Assembly: GCA_031380885.1 (NCBI GenBank)
Contig: JANMXL010000064.1
Span: forward strand, 5,842 to 69,841
Direction: 5' to 3'
DNA from: Burkholderiales bacterium
Lineage (GTDB): Bacteria > Pseudomonadota > Gammaproteobacteria > Burkholderiales > Burkholderiaceae_C
DNA: 64,000 nucleotides
The notes under the pieces were generated by a model. That model was not told the origin of the DNA, did not search any database, and was given only the letters and a program-made list of their open reading frames with translations. A program made the translations under genes and the position numbers. Positions 22,029-29,993 of this stretch are shown in pieces; within the stretch, counting starts at the first letter, position 1; the number at the start of each line of letters is the position of its first letter.

Positions 22029-23909
22029 TTACCGATGGGCTGCAACACCTTCCATCGCGTCGTGCAGCGCGATCACCAGCGCGCCCGGCGGGCAGGGTTT
22101 GGCAAGCACGACGAAAAATTCGTCGGCCGATGTCAGCGCGGCATAGCCGCTCAGCAGCACCACCGGCAGGTCGGGGCAGTAATCACGCAGCACGCGCGCC
22201 AAGCCCAGGCCGTCCATGCCGCCAGGCATCCTGATGTCCGACAGCACCACATCGAACGCGGGTTCGTCGGCGATCAGCCGCAGTGCGCCCTGCGAATCAG
22301 CGGCACGCCGCACCTCGCAGCCCAGCTTCCTCAACAGCACCGCGGTCATGTCGGCCAGGTCGTCGTTGTCCTCCACCAGCAGCAGTCGGGTGCCGTCGAT
22401 CGAAGGTGCCCCGCCATTGAGCGCCGCCGGGGCGACGATGGCAGCCGGTTCGTCGCGCGCTGGCAGCAGCAGCGACACCGTGGTGCCCAACCCCTCGGTG
22501 CTGGTCAGCCGCGCGGTGCCGCCGGCTTGCTTGCAGAAACCCAGCACCTGGGCCAGGCTGAGCCCGGTGCCCTGGCCGACTTCCTTGGTGGTGAAAAAAG
22601 GCTCGAACACCTGCCCGGCCACGTTGTCGTCAATGCCCAGGCCGTCATCGCTGATGGTGATCAGCACATAGTCGCCGGCCGGCAGGTCGGGCACCTCGTC
22701 GTCGTGCGCGCGGCGTGCCTGCAGGTTCAGGTGACCGCCCAGCGGCATCGCGTCGCGGGCGTTTAGCGTCAGGTTGGTCAGCGCCAGTTCGAGTTCGTTG
22801 GTGTCGATGGTGACGCGCGGCGTGTCAGGCGCCACGGCCACCGTGACCTCGATGCGCGCGCCCAGCACGGTCTGCATCAGGTCCTGCAACTCGGGCAGCG
22901 CGCGCGCCAGATCGACCGGCTGCGCACTGACCGGCTGCTGCGCGGCGAAGCGCAGCAACCGCTGCGTCAGTCGGCTGCCCACCGCCACCGCGCGCAGCGT
23001 CGCGGCCAGCGGCGCCTGCAACTCGGCGGCGCTGCTCTGACGCTGCATCAGGTGGGCGCTGTTGCTGATCACGCCGAGCAGGTTGTTGAAGTCGTGCGCC
23101 ACGCCGCCGGTCAGCCGACCGAGCGCCTCGATGTGCTGGCTGCGTGAGATGCGCTGTTCGGCCTCGCGGGTGCGCGTGACGGCTTCGGCGACCCGGCGTT
23201 CGAGTTCGCTGCGGGAGTGCCTCAGCGCGTCGGCAGCGGTGGTCAGCGCTGTGGCCACCTCATCGTACTCGGCGATGCCGGTGCTGTGTCCTGTCACTGG
23301 CTCACCCCCCTGCATGCCGCTCGCAGCGCGCTGGAGTGCATGCACCGGCTCAACAATTCGGCGCGCCGCCCACAACGCGCCGAACACCGCGACCCCCAGC
23401 AACAGCAGCGAACCCAGCACCACCTTCTGCACCGCAGGCGGCATGGCAGCAACCAGCGTCGGCTGCGGCAGCGCACTGACCAGCGTCCAGCCGCTCACCG
23501 TGGTGTGGAGGTAGGCGCTCATCGCCCGGCCGTCCGCCCCGGTGGCCTCGAATGCCAGCTCGCGGCCAGGGGCCAGCTGTTGCCGCACCTCGGGCGTCAA
23601 GCGGGGCGCGGCGTTGGCGAGCCCCCCGGGTTGCACCACCACGATCTCGCCGCCCGGCGCCATCACCTGAACCACCCAATCCGGTGGCAGGCCTTGCCGG
23701 GCGATCAACCGCTGCAACTCGGCGGGGCGCTGCGGGGTCGCCAGGTCGATCGCCGTCGCCAGCGCACGGGTGGTCTCGCTCAGCTGGCGATCGAGTGCCT
23801 GTCGCTCCGCGTGGTAGGTCTGGTTGATGATCCAAAGCGCCGCCACCACGCCCGGCACCAGCACCGACAGCACGAGCAGCAACAGGCGGGAGCGGATGGA
23901 AACGGGCAT
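22029..23909 (-). CDS. hybrid sensor histidine kinase/response regulator
   Basis: Two TM segments with a periplasmic loop, H-box 'AHDFNNLL', ATPase 'GTGLSLA', C-terminal REC 'LLVEDNDD...DIRMPGGMDG'. Confidence 0.9.
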   Translation of the reverse strand: MPVSIRSRLLLLVLSVLVPGVVAALWIINQTYHAERQALDRQLSETTRALATAIDLATPQRPAELQRLIARQGLPPDWVVQVMAPGGEIVVVQPGGLANAAPRLTPEVRQQLAPGRELAFEATGADGRAMSAYLHTTVSGWTLVSALPQPTLVAAMPPAVQKVVLGSLLLLGVAVFGALWAARRIVEPVHALQRAASGMQGGEPVTGHSTGIAEYDEVATALTTAADALRHSRSELERRVAEAVTRTREAEQRISRSQHIEALGRLTGGVAHDFNNLLGVISNSAHLMQRQSSAAELQAPLAATLRAVAVGSRLTQRLLRFAAQQPVSAQPVDLARALPELQDLMQTVLGARIEVTVAVAPDTPRVTIDTNELELALTNLTLNARDAMPLGGHLNLQARRAHDDEVPDLPAGDYVLITISDDGLGIDDNVAGQVFEPFFTTKEVGQGTGLSLAQVLGFCKQAGGTARLTSTEGLGTTVSLLLPARDEPAAIVAPAALNGGAPSIDGTRLLLVEDNDDLADMTAVLLRKLGCEVRRAADSQGALRLIADEPAFDVVLSDIRMPGGMDGLGLARVLRDYCPDLPVVLLSGYAALTSADEFFVVLAKPCPPGALVIALHDAMEGVAAHR

Positions 23910-24008
23910 CGCAACGGTGTCGGAAGTGAATCAATTCGGCATGCGAGCCGTGTCGGCTCGCATGGCGCCCTCTGCAGTCATCGCAAGTCGCATCGGACCC
24001 CGACGATG

Positions 24009-24022
24009 GCAATTGTCGTTCC
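24009..24022 (-). promoter_or_regulatory. possible sigma-54-type core GGAACgacaaTTGC (minus strand), upstream of the hybrid kinase
   Basis: Correct spacing with a GGAAC -24 variant. A 10-bp-stem hairpin (23940..23964) lies in the would-be leader, which weakens the call. Confidence 0.3.
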
Positions 24023-24066
24023 CGGCCTGCACGCCGGTGCAGCGCGTGCAGGTCTTTCTCGTGGGG

Positions 24067-24954
24067 TCAGCGTGCAGCGAGGCGCCCTTCGGCATCGGAG
24101 AACAGCACCTCGACCCGGCGGTTGCGCTGCCGCCCGGCTGCACTGCCGTTGTCGGCCACCGGATTGGCCTCGCCCCAGGCACGCACCTCGATGCGCCCGG
24201 CCGCGACACCGCCGCTCATCAGCTCGCGCTGGAAGGCCTGGGCACGGCGCTGTGACAGCTGCAGGTTCATCTCATCGCTGCCCACGCTGTCGGTGAAGCC
24301 TTCAATCAGCACCCGGCGCTCGGGGTGATGGGTCAGCACCTGCACCAGCTGCGCGACGCTGCGCTGCGCGCCCGGTAGCAGGGTGGATTTGCCGGTGTCG
24401 AACAGCACATCACCCAGCGTCACCACCATGCCACGGTCGGTTTTTTGGGCCTTCAGGTCGGCCAGATCGCGCTCCAGCCCCTCGGCACGACCGGCTTGTT
24501 GCAAAGCGAGCATGGCCGCGGCATCAGCTTGCTGTTTCGACATCTGTGCATCGGCTTGCGCGGCACGGGCATCGGCGGTTGCCATGTCGGCCTCCTGGGT
24601 GCGGGCCTGCAGCCTCACCTTTTCGCGCTCGGCAGTGAACTGCTGAACGCGCTCGTCGGACTGCGCCTGCATGCCGACCGCCATCGCGATCTCGGCGCGC
24701 TGGCGCGCCAGGTAGGCGAGGTGGCGTGTCTGATCGACATCGCGGTCGGCGGCCCAGGCCGTCTCGGCGCGGGTCAGCGCCTGCTGCGCGTTTTGCAGCT
24801 CGACCGCGCCGCTGCGCGCGACGTAGGTGTTGCTGCGCGCCTGCTCCAGCGAACTGCGCGCGGCAGCAATGTCGGGGTTCAGTTCGGGGGTGGTCTGGCA
24901 GGCGGCGAGTGCCATCACGGTGGCGGTGGCGATCAGGGTGCGGGTGGTGTTCAT
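24067..24954 (-). CDS. OmpA-family lipoprotein with N-terminal DUF4398-like coiled coil
   Basis: Lipobox 'MALAAC', helical N-terminal half, C-terminal OmpA domain 'NRRVEVLF'. Confidence 0.85.
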   Translation of the reverse strand: MNTTRTLIATATVMALAACQTTPELNPDIAAARSSLEQARSNTYVARSGAVELQNAQQALTRAETAWAADRDVDQTRHLAYLARQRAEIAMAVGMQAQSDERVQQFTAEREKVRLQARTQEADMATADARAAQADAQMSKQQADAAAMLALQQAGRAEGLERDLADLKAQKTDRGMVVTLGDVLFDTGKSTLLPGAQRSVAQLVQVLTHHPERRVLIEGFTDSVGSDEMNLQLSQRRAQAFQRELMSGGVAAGRIEVRAWGEANPVADNGSAAGRQRNRRVEVLFSDAEGRLAAR

Positions 24955-24981
24955 GGTGTGCTCCGGAAGTGCATGCAGGGG

Positions 24982-25368
24982 TCAGGGCGTCGGGCGGGGG
25001 GCTTGCTTGGCGGCCGCACGGTTGAGCTCGTCGCGCAGCGTTTGCAGGCCGGTCTCCAGCTCGGTGACCGCGAGCCGCGAGCGTTCAGAGCCTGCCTTGG
25101 CGCGAGCCAGCTGCGCATCGACATCGGCTTGCTCGGCCATGCGCAGCGCGCCGCGGTCGTCGCCGGCAGCGGCCAGCGCGCGGGCTTTCTCCAGCTTGCT
25201 GCGCGCTTCACTCAAGTTGACAGAGTCCAGTTCCGGCGCACCGGCCGAGCGGGCGGCTTCGACCGAGGCCGCACTGGCGGCGATCGAAGGCGCCGATGAC
25301 TCGGTGGTGCCGCAGCCGGCCGCAACGGCGCAAGCGCCCAACAGCGCGGTGAGGGTGAATGGGTTCAT
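24982..25368 (-). CDS. DUF4398-like lipoprotein
   Basis: 'MNPFTLTALLGACAVAAGCG' lipobox, then a helical Ala/Arg/Glu-rich domain similar to the N-terminus of the downstream OmpA protein. Confidence 0.7.
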   Translation of the reverse strand: MNPFTLTALLGACAVAAGCGTTESSAPSIAASAASVEAARSAGAPELDSVNLSEARSKLEKARALAAAGDDRGALRMAEQADVDAQLARAKAGSERSRLAVTELETGLQTLRDELNRAAAKQAPRPTP

Positions 25369-25448
25369 TCGGTGTCTCCATGAGGTGTTCGACATTGAGT
25401 GAACCTCTCAGGCAAGCGACGCGCCCACATCGCCAGCGTGATCGACCG

Positions 25449-25462
25449 GGAACAGTCTTTGC
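25449..25462 (+). promoter_or_regulatory. possible sigma-54-type core GGAACagtctTTGC
   Basis: Correct spacing with a GGAAC variant. 78 nt upstream of ATG 25540. Confidence 0.35.
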
Positions 25463-25539
25463 CACCCTGCGCGAGCACGGCTGTTGACATCTGCGCTTGC
25501 TTTTTTCTCCCACCCACCGCCCTTACTGAAAGCGATGCC

Positions 25540-25902
25540 ATGAAAGACGAACCGATCTACAACACCAGCCAGCCGTTCATGAAGCTGGTCCAGTCCAACA
25601 TGGAACTGGTCAACCAGATGATGCCGAAACCGGAAGCGCTGTCGAACTCGATTGCCACTGGTGGCAAGTCGCTGTATCAACCCTCCGCGTTGACGAGCCC
25701 CTTCAACCAGGGCGCAGCATTTGGTCAGATGATGCAATCGATGATCAGGAACTACGCCGTCTTTCTGACCGAGTGGGGTCAGTGCTCGATGAACGCCATC
25801 GTGCACAGCCAGCAGGCTTTCCAGCACAGCGCCCAGCAGGCCGCCGACATGGCAATCGAAGCAAGCCGCAGCGCCGAAAAAATCAGAGCCAAAGCGGCTT
25901 GA
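25540..25902 (+). CDS. hypothetical protein, possibly phasin-like
   Basis: 'PFMKLVQSNMELVNQMM' resembles phasin N-termini. This is a weak family call. Confidence 0.5.
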   Translation: MKDEPIYNTSQPFMKLVQSNMELVNQMMPKPEALSNSIATGGKSLYQPSALTSPFNQGAAFGQMMQSMIRNYAVFLTEWGQCSMNAIVHSQQAFQHSAQQAADMAIEASRSAEKIRAKAA

Positions 25903-25915
25903 CGGCCCGCGCTTT

Positions 25916-25940
25916 GAAGGCCACATCCGGTGTGGCCTTC
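25916..25940. terminator. hairpin terminator between convergent genes
   Basis: GAAGGCCACA-tccgg-TGTGGCCTTC. Confidence 0.5.
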
Positions 25941-25947
25941 GAGCGCC

Positions 25948-27609
25948 TCAAGTCGTCTCGACAGGCCCTGGCGGGGCCGCCGGTTGGCCGGTCACCGGCA
26001 GCGTGATCGTGAACTCGCTGCCCAGGCCCTGACCTTCGCTGTGCGCCCTGACACTGCCACCGTGGGCGGCCACAAGTTCGCGCACCACCGTCAGGCCCAG
26101 GCCGAGGCCGTTGCCGTTGAAGGCGGCGGCATGCGTGTCCTGCACGAACGGGTCGAAGATGTGCGGCAGCGTGCGTGGGCTGATGCCGATGCCGTTGTCG
26201 CGCACCGTCAGCACCACGCTGTCGCCCACAGTCGCCATCGTCAGCGTGATGACACCTGCAGAAGGCGTGTACTTCGAGGCGTTGTCGAGCAGGTTGCGCA
26301 GCACCTGGGCCAGCCGCATCGGGTCGCCGTTGAGCAACAGTTCAGCCGTGGGCATATGAATCACGAGCTGCTGCCGTCGCTTGTCCATTGCCGGACGGCA
26401 GCTGTCGACCACCTCTTCGATCAGCGCGTGCATGTCCAGCTGCTGCCGCTCCAGCCGCAGCTTGCCGCCGTTGATGCGCGACACATCCAGCAGGTCGCCG
26501 ACCAGCCGCGACAGCTGCGCCACCTGCCGCTCGATGACGGCATTCATTCGCGGCAACATCGGATCGCTGCTGCCGCTGCGGCCCATCACTGCCGACGCGG
26601 TGCGGATCGACATCAGCGGCGATCGCAATTCGTGCACCGCCCGCACCATGTTTTCGGTGTGCCGTTGCAGCGCACGTTCGGCGCTGGTCTGCGAGGCCTT
26701 GGCATCAAGGGCGCTCAGCAGCAGGTGCTCGTTGGCCTCCTGCAACTGCGCCTGCCGTTGGACTTGGTCGCCGGGTGTGTTCGGTGTCGACACCAGCGTT
26801 CGACGCATCGAATCGGGTGGTGCGGCCGGCGACTCCAGTTCGGCAAAGTTGCTCCGGTCAAAGAACATGCGGTGGCTCTGGTCGAGCCGCTTTGCGCGGT
26901 ACATCGCGGCATCGGCCCGGTCGATCAGCGTGCACGCCTCATCGCCGTCGTCGGGGAAGAGGCTGATGCCGATGCTCGCCTTCAGGCTCAGCACTCGCTC
27001 GCCGATGCGGGTGGGCCGCGCCAGCGCCAGGTTGATCTTGTCGGCGATGGCCGCCGCGTCGCTGGCCTGCGCCACCTCGTCCAGCAGGATCAGGAATTCG
27101 TCGCCGCCGTGCCGACTGACGGTGTCCGATGCCCGTACCGACTCCACCATGCAGCGGGCGGCCAGCTTCAGCACCTCGTCACCCAGGGCGTGCCCGAAGG
27201 TGTCGTTGATCTGCTTGAAATGGTCGAGGTCGAGAAACAGCAGCGCCATGCGGGCGTTGCGGCGCCGCTTGCCGGCAATCGCCTGCGTGAAGCGGTCGAG
27301 AAACAGCATGCGGTTGGGCAGCTGCGTCAGCGCGTCGAGCTCGGCGACGCGCGAGACTTCCATCAACGCGCGCATCGCGCCTTCGGCATCGGTCTTCGCC
27401 TGCAGCACCGAGATCACCAGCCGCTCATTGGCCTCTAGCAGGTCAGCCACATGCGTCGACTTCAGCTGTGCCGACGCCGCGACGACACAGGCCTGCAATT
27501 GCGCCAGCACCCCCCGCGTGTGGTCTACCTCGGCACGCAACTCGGTGAGCTCACGTGTGGCGCGAGCGATTGCAGCGTCTGCGTCGTCGGGAGGGGCCGG
27601 CGTGTTCAC
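25948..27609 (-). CDS. GGDEF diguanylate cyclase fused to a histidine kinase (coiled coil, GGDEF, HisKA, HATPase)
   Basis: 'RHGGDEFLILL' preceded by 'RASD' at I-site spacing. H-box 'VHELRSPL'. ATPase 'GNGLGLGL'. GTG 27609 chosen because it is 22 nt after the kaiC stop; the longer ORF would overlap kaiC by 176 nt. Confidence 0.8.
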   Translation of the reverse strand: MNTPAPPDDADAAIARATRELTELRAEVDHTRGVLAQLQACVVAASAQLKSTHVADLLEANERLVISVLQAKTDAEGAMRALMEVSRVAELDALTQLPNRMLFLDRFTQAIAGKRRRNARMALLFLDLDHFKQINDTFGHALGDEVLKLAARCMVESVRASDTVSRHGGDEFLILLDEVAQASDAAAIADKINLALARPTRIGERVLSLKASIGISLFPDDGDEACTLIDRADAAMYRAKRLDQSHRMFFDRSNFAELESPAAPPDSMRRTLVSTPNTPGDQVQRQAQLQEANEHLLLSALDAKASQTSAERALQRHTENMVRAVHELRSPLMSIRTASAVMGRSGSSDPMLPRMNAVIERQVAQLSRLVGDLLDVSRINGGKLRLERQQLDMHALIEEVVDSCRPAMDKRRQQLVIHMPTAELLLNGDPMRLAQVLRNLLDNASKYTPSAGVITLTMATVGDSVVLTVRDNGIGISPRTLPHIFDPFVQDTHAAAFNGNGLGLGLTVVRELVAAHGGSVRAHSEGQGLGSEFTITLPVTGQPAAPPGPVETT

Positions 27610-27631
27610 GTTTTGAATCCGGCCAGATGTC

Positions 27632-29170
27632 TCAGCGCGCTGGCTCTGGTGCGGTGGGCACGGGGTCGGCGCTGTGGGGCGCTGGTGAGCCCTTGCGGGT
27701 CGGGCGGCCGCCCAGCAGGCCTTCGTGATCGGGCAGCATGCTGCCGACGACGATGCCTCTGTCATCGATGACGAATTCGCGCAACTCGTCGGAGTGCGCG
27801 CTGGCACGCACCTTGACCACCGCCATCACGCGGCGCAGGCGGCTCGCGACCTCGATGTAGCGCTGCACGATGATCGCGTCGGTCATGAACGCCGTGCCAT
27901 ACGGGCTGAAGCGCAGGTCGGTGTAGCGGTCTTCCAGCTCCGAGGTCATCAGCACCGTGACGCCGACATCCGTCATGGCCTTGACCAGACGCGACAGCGA
28001 TTCACGGAAGTCTTCGCGGAAGGTCGGCGCCACCGACAGCTCGAAGCCCGACAGCGAGTCGATGACGACACGGGTGGCGCCGCGGCGGTGGATCTCTTCG
28101 AGCAGCAGCACGATGATCTCGTCGATCGACAGATCAGGCGCGCGGCTGTCGACCACGCCAACCAGACCGGCCTCGACCAGATCGGCAACCACCCGATTGC
28201 GCGAGCGATTCGGGTGCTGCTCGAACACCGCGATCACGCCAGCCTCGCCGAGGCGTGCGCCTTCGGCCAGGAAGGCGGCTGCCAGGATGCTCTTGCCCGA
28301 CCCCGATGGCCCGGCCACCAGCAGTGAGTAGCCGCGCGGCAAGCCGCCGCCCAGCATGTCGTCGAGCGCGGGCACGCCGGTCAGTGCTCGCTGTGGCGTG
28401 AAGTGCGCCGACCCGTTGGCGACGCCATTCGCTGTCATGGTGGCGCCAGCAATTGACCGCGCGGCGGGTGGCGCGAAGATGCGCACGCCGCCGCTGTCGA
28501 TGCGAAAGGTGTGCAGGCCCGGCAGAGTGGGCTGGCCGCGCATTTTCATGATTTCCATCTTGCGAACGACCGAGTTGCGCAGCGCGCTTTGGCGCAGCCA
28601 GATCAGCCCGTCGGCGACGGTGAACACCGGGTTCGCGTCGGTCTCGACGAAGTACTCGCCGAGCAGGAAGGTGGTGGCCTGCCAGCTCGTCATCAGCATG
28701 CCGAGCTGTTGCACGAACTGCTGCAGGTTGTTGTGCGGGCTCGGCACCTGGCTGGCCGATTCGCTGGCCAGGATCACCGAGCGGAACGAGTCGACGAACA
28801 CCAGCGCCGGGCTATGGGTGGTGACTTCCTCCACGATGCGGCGCAGCACGCGGTCGAGGTCGCCGACCATCGCTTCCTCGGACAGGTTGATGAAGCGGAT
28901 CGAGGTGTTGACCACTTCGTTGTCGAAAAAGCCGAATTGCTGTTGGTAACGCAGCATCTTCAGCGGCGGCTCGCCGAGCACGGTGAAGTACAGCGCCGGG
29001 CGCTCGGGCGTGGCCAGCGCGAACATGATCTGGTGCGCCAGCGTGGTCTTGCCGCAGCCGGGTTGGCCCGCGATCAGGTTGAACGAGAACTCGGGCAGCC
29101 CTCCGCCCAACACTTCGTCCAACCCCGGCACGCCGGTGGCCAGGCGGTTGATGGTCACTTTGGCACTCAT
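27632..29170 (-). CDS. kaiC: KaiC-family double-domain RecA-like ATPase
   Basis: Two KaiC domains with Walker A 'GQPGCGKTT' and 'GPSGSGKS'. 'GVPGLDEVLGGGLP' and 'GVPALDDMLGGGLP' repeats. 512 aa. Confidence 0.9.
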   Translation of the reverse strand: MSAKVTINRLATGVPGLDEVLGGGLPEFSFNLIAGQPGCGKTTLAHQIMFALATPERPALYFTVLGEPPLKMLRYQQQFGFFDNEVVNTSIRFINLSEEAMVGDLDRVLRRIVEEVTTHSPALVFVDSFRSVILASESASQVPSPHNNLQQFVQQLGMLMTSWQATTFLLGEYFVETDANPVFTVADGLIWLRQSALRNSVVRKMEIMKMRGQPTLPGLHTFRIDSGGVRIFAPPAARSIAGATMTANGVANGSAHFTPQRALTGVPALDDMLGGGLPRGYSLLVAGPSGSGKSILAAAFLAEGARLGEAGVIAVFEQHPNRSRNRVVADLVEAGLVGVVDSRAPDLSIDEIIVLLLEEIHRRGATRVVIDSLSGFELSVAPTFREDFRESLSRLVKAMTDVGVTVLMTSELEDRYTDLRFSPYGTAFMTDAIIVQRYIEVASRLRRVMAVVKVRASAHSDELREFVIDDRGIVVGSMLPDHEGLLGGRPTRKGSPAPHSADPVPTAPEPAR

Positions 29171-29601
29171 GTCGTCAAGTCCTTTGCGGTGGGGCCGCTC
29201 GAAGCAGCGGCCCACACGGAACGCAGCAATCGTTCAGTAAGAGATGGTCCGACCATGCTGACCAGCAGGTCGTGGAAAGTTTCGAAAAGCAGGGCCGCGC
29301 CGGCTGTGGCCTCCAAATGCGATTGCTGCTTGAACACCGAATTCAGGTCGGACAGATTGACCGATGCCAGCGCGTGGTCATGCACCTCCATCAGCCACGG
29401 ATGGCCCTGCGCCGCCACATACACACTGCGCTTGTAGAGGGCCGCGAAACCGCGCGGGCCAACGATGGGTGTCAAGGCCGCATCGATCTCCTGCCATGCC
29501 ACAACGACAGCATCAGCGAGCCGGCCGGCATCTGCATAGGCGCTCACGCGGTGTGCTAAAGGGGGGGCGAGCGAGCCACTCGCAGGGCTTTCCATAGACA
29601 T
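29167..29601 (-). CDS. hypothetical protein, first gene of the kaiC operon
   Basis: ATGA overlap with the kaiC start. No family recognised and not KaiA/KaiB-like. The start may be 29595, 29601 or 29706. Confidence 0.55.
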   Translation of the reverse strand: MSMESPASGSLAPPLAHRVSAYADAGRLADAVVVAWQEIDAALTPIVGPRGFAALYKRSVYVAAQGHPWLMEVHDHALASVNLSDLNSVFKQQSHLEATAGAALLFETFHDLLVSMVGPSLTERLLRSVWAAASSGPTAKDLTT

Positions 29602-29780
29602 GTCCAGTGAACGTTCCTCATGGAGAGAGTGATGGTATGCCCCGTTTGTGGCAATCGCGTTCCACAACTCGATCAGGCGGCCGCTGACGCCGGGCGGCCG
29701 CTTCATCGAGGCTGTCGCTCAAGGCCGTGCTGGCGTGACATGGGAGTGGCTTGGTAGAGAGGGTGCATTGCGCAATCTTG

Positions 29781-29794
29781 GCAAGCGGTGTGCC
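29781..29794 (-). promoter_or_regulatory. putative sigma-54 promoter core GGCACaccgcTTGC (minus strand), upstream of the kaiC operon
   Basis: Canonical GGCAC-N5-TTGC. 75 nt from ATG 29706, or 180 nt from 29601. Confidence 0.55.
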
Positions 29795-29798
29795 CAAT

Positions 29799-29814
29799 GG
29801 ACACCGCGGTGTCC
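29799..29814. promoter_or_regulatory. perfect 16-bp palindrome GGACACCGCGGTGTCC
   Basis: Read directly. Lies 5 bp upstream of the -24 element of the kaiC-operon promoter and 130 bp upstream of the rpoN promoter. Confidence 0.4.
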
Positions 29815-29943
29815 TGACCGGCAAGGCGTGAACGCGCCTGATCGGCAAAATTTACCGTAATGCAGGCCGCATCGGTAAGGCGACCCGAGTGGCCCGGCGA
29901 GCGGGCCTGTCGCTTGCCCGGGCAGTTGCGCCTGGCGCGGCAC

Positions 29944-29957
29944 GGCACGGGGGTTGC
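29944..29957 (+). promoter_or_regulatory. putative sigma-54 promoter core GGCACgggggTTGC, upstream of the rpoN copy
   Basis: Canonical spacing. 37 nt upstream of GTG 29994, with AGGAG at 29981-29985. Confidence 0.55.
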
Positions 29958-29993
29958 GAACGCTCGGTGCAGACCCCTTGAGGAGCGGCCGCT

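Noticed and set aside
23940-23964. Hairpin CATGCGAGCC-gtgtc-GGCTCGCATG as the terminator of the OmpA-family gene
   Set aside because: It lacks a clear U-run on the minus strand. It would also sit inside the leader predicted from the 24009 promoter candidate. The two readings conflict, so neither is called with confidence.
25412-25425. GGCGCgtcgcTTGC (minus strand) upstream of the DUF4398/OmpA genes
   Set aside because: It has correct spacing and TTGC, but it lacks the conserved A of GGCAC. It is too weak to call without a matrix score. The same applies to GGCGCacgatTTGC at 38376..38389.
19973-25462. Reading the GGAAC sites as ECF-sigma -35 boxes
   Set aside because: No CGTT- or TCGTC-like -10 element lies 16-17 nt downstream of any of the three GGAAC sites. 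All three do keep the exact -24/-12 spacing with TTGC.
29651-29664. TGGAAC-N4-TTGC on the minus strand near the kaiC-operon 5' end
   Set aside because: The GG-to-GC spacing is one base short (9 instead of 10 intervening nt). Sigma-54 is intolerant of spacing changes, and the site also lies inside the longer version of the first ORF.
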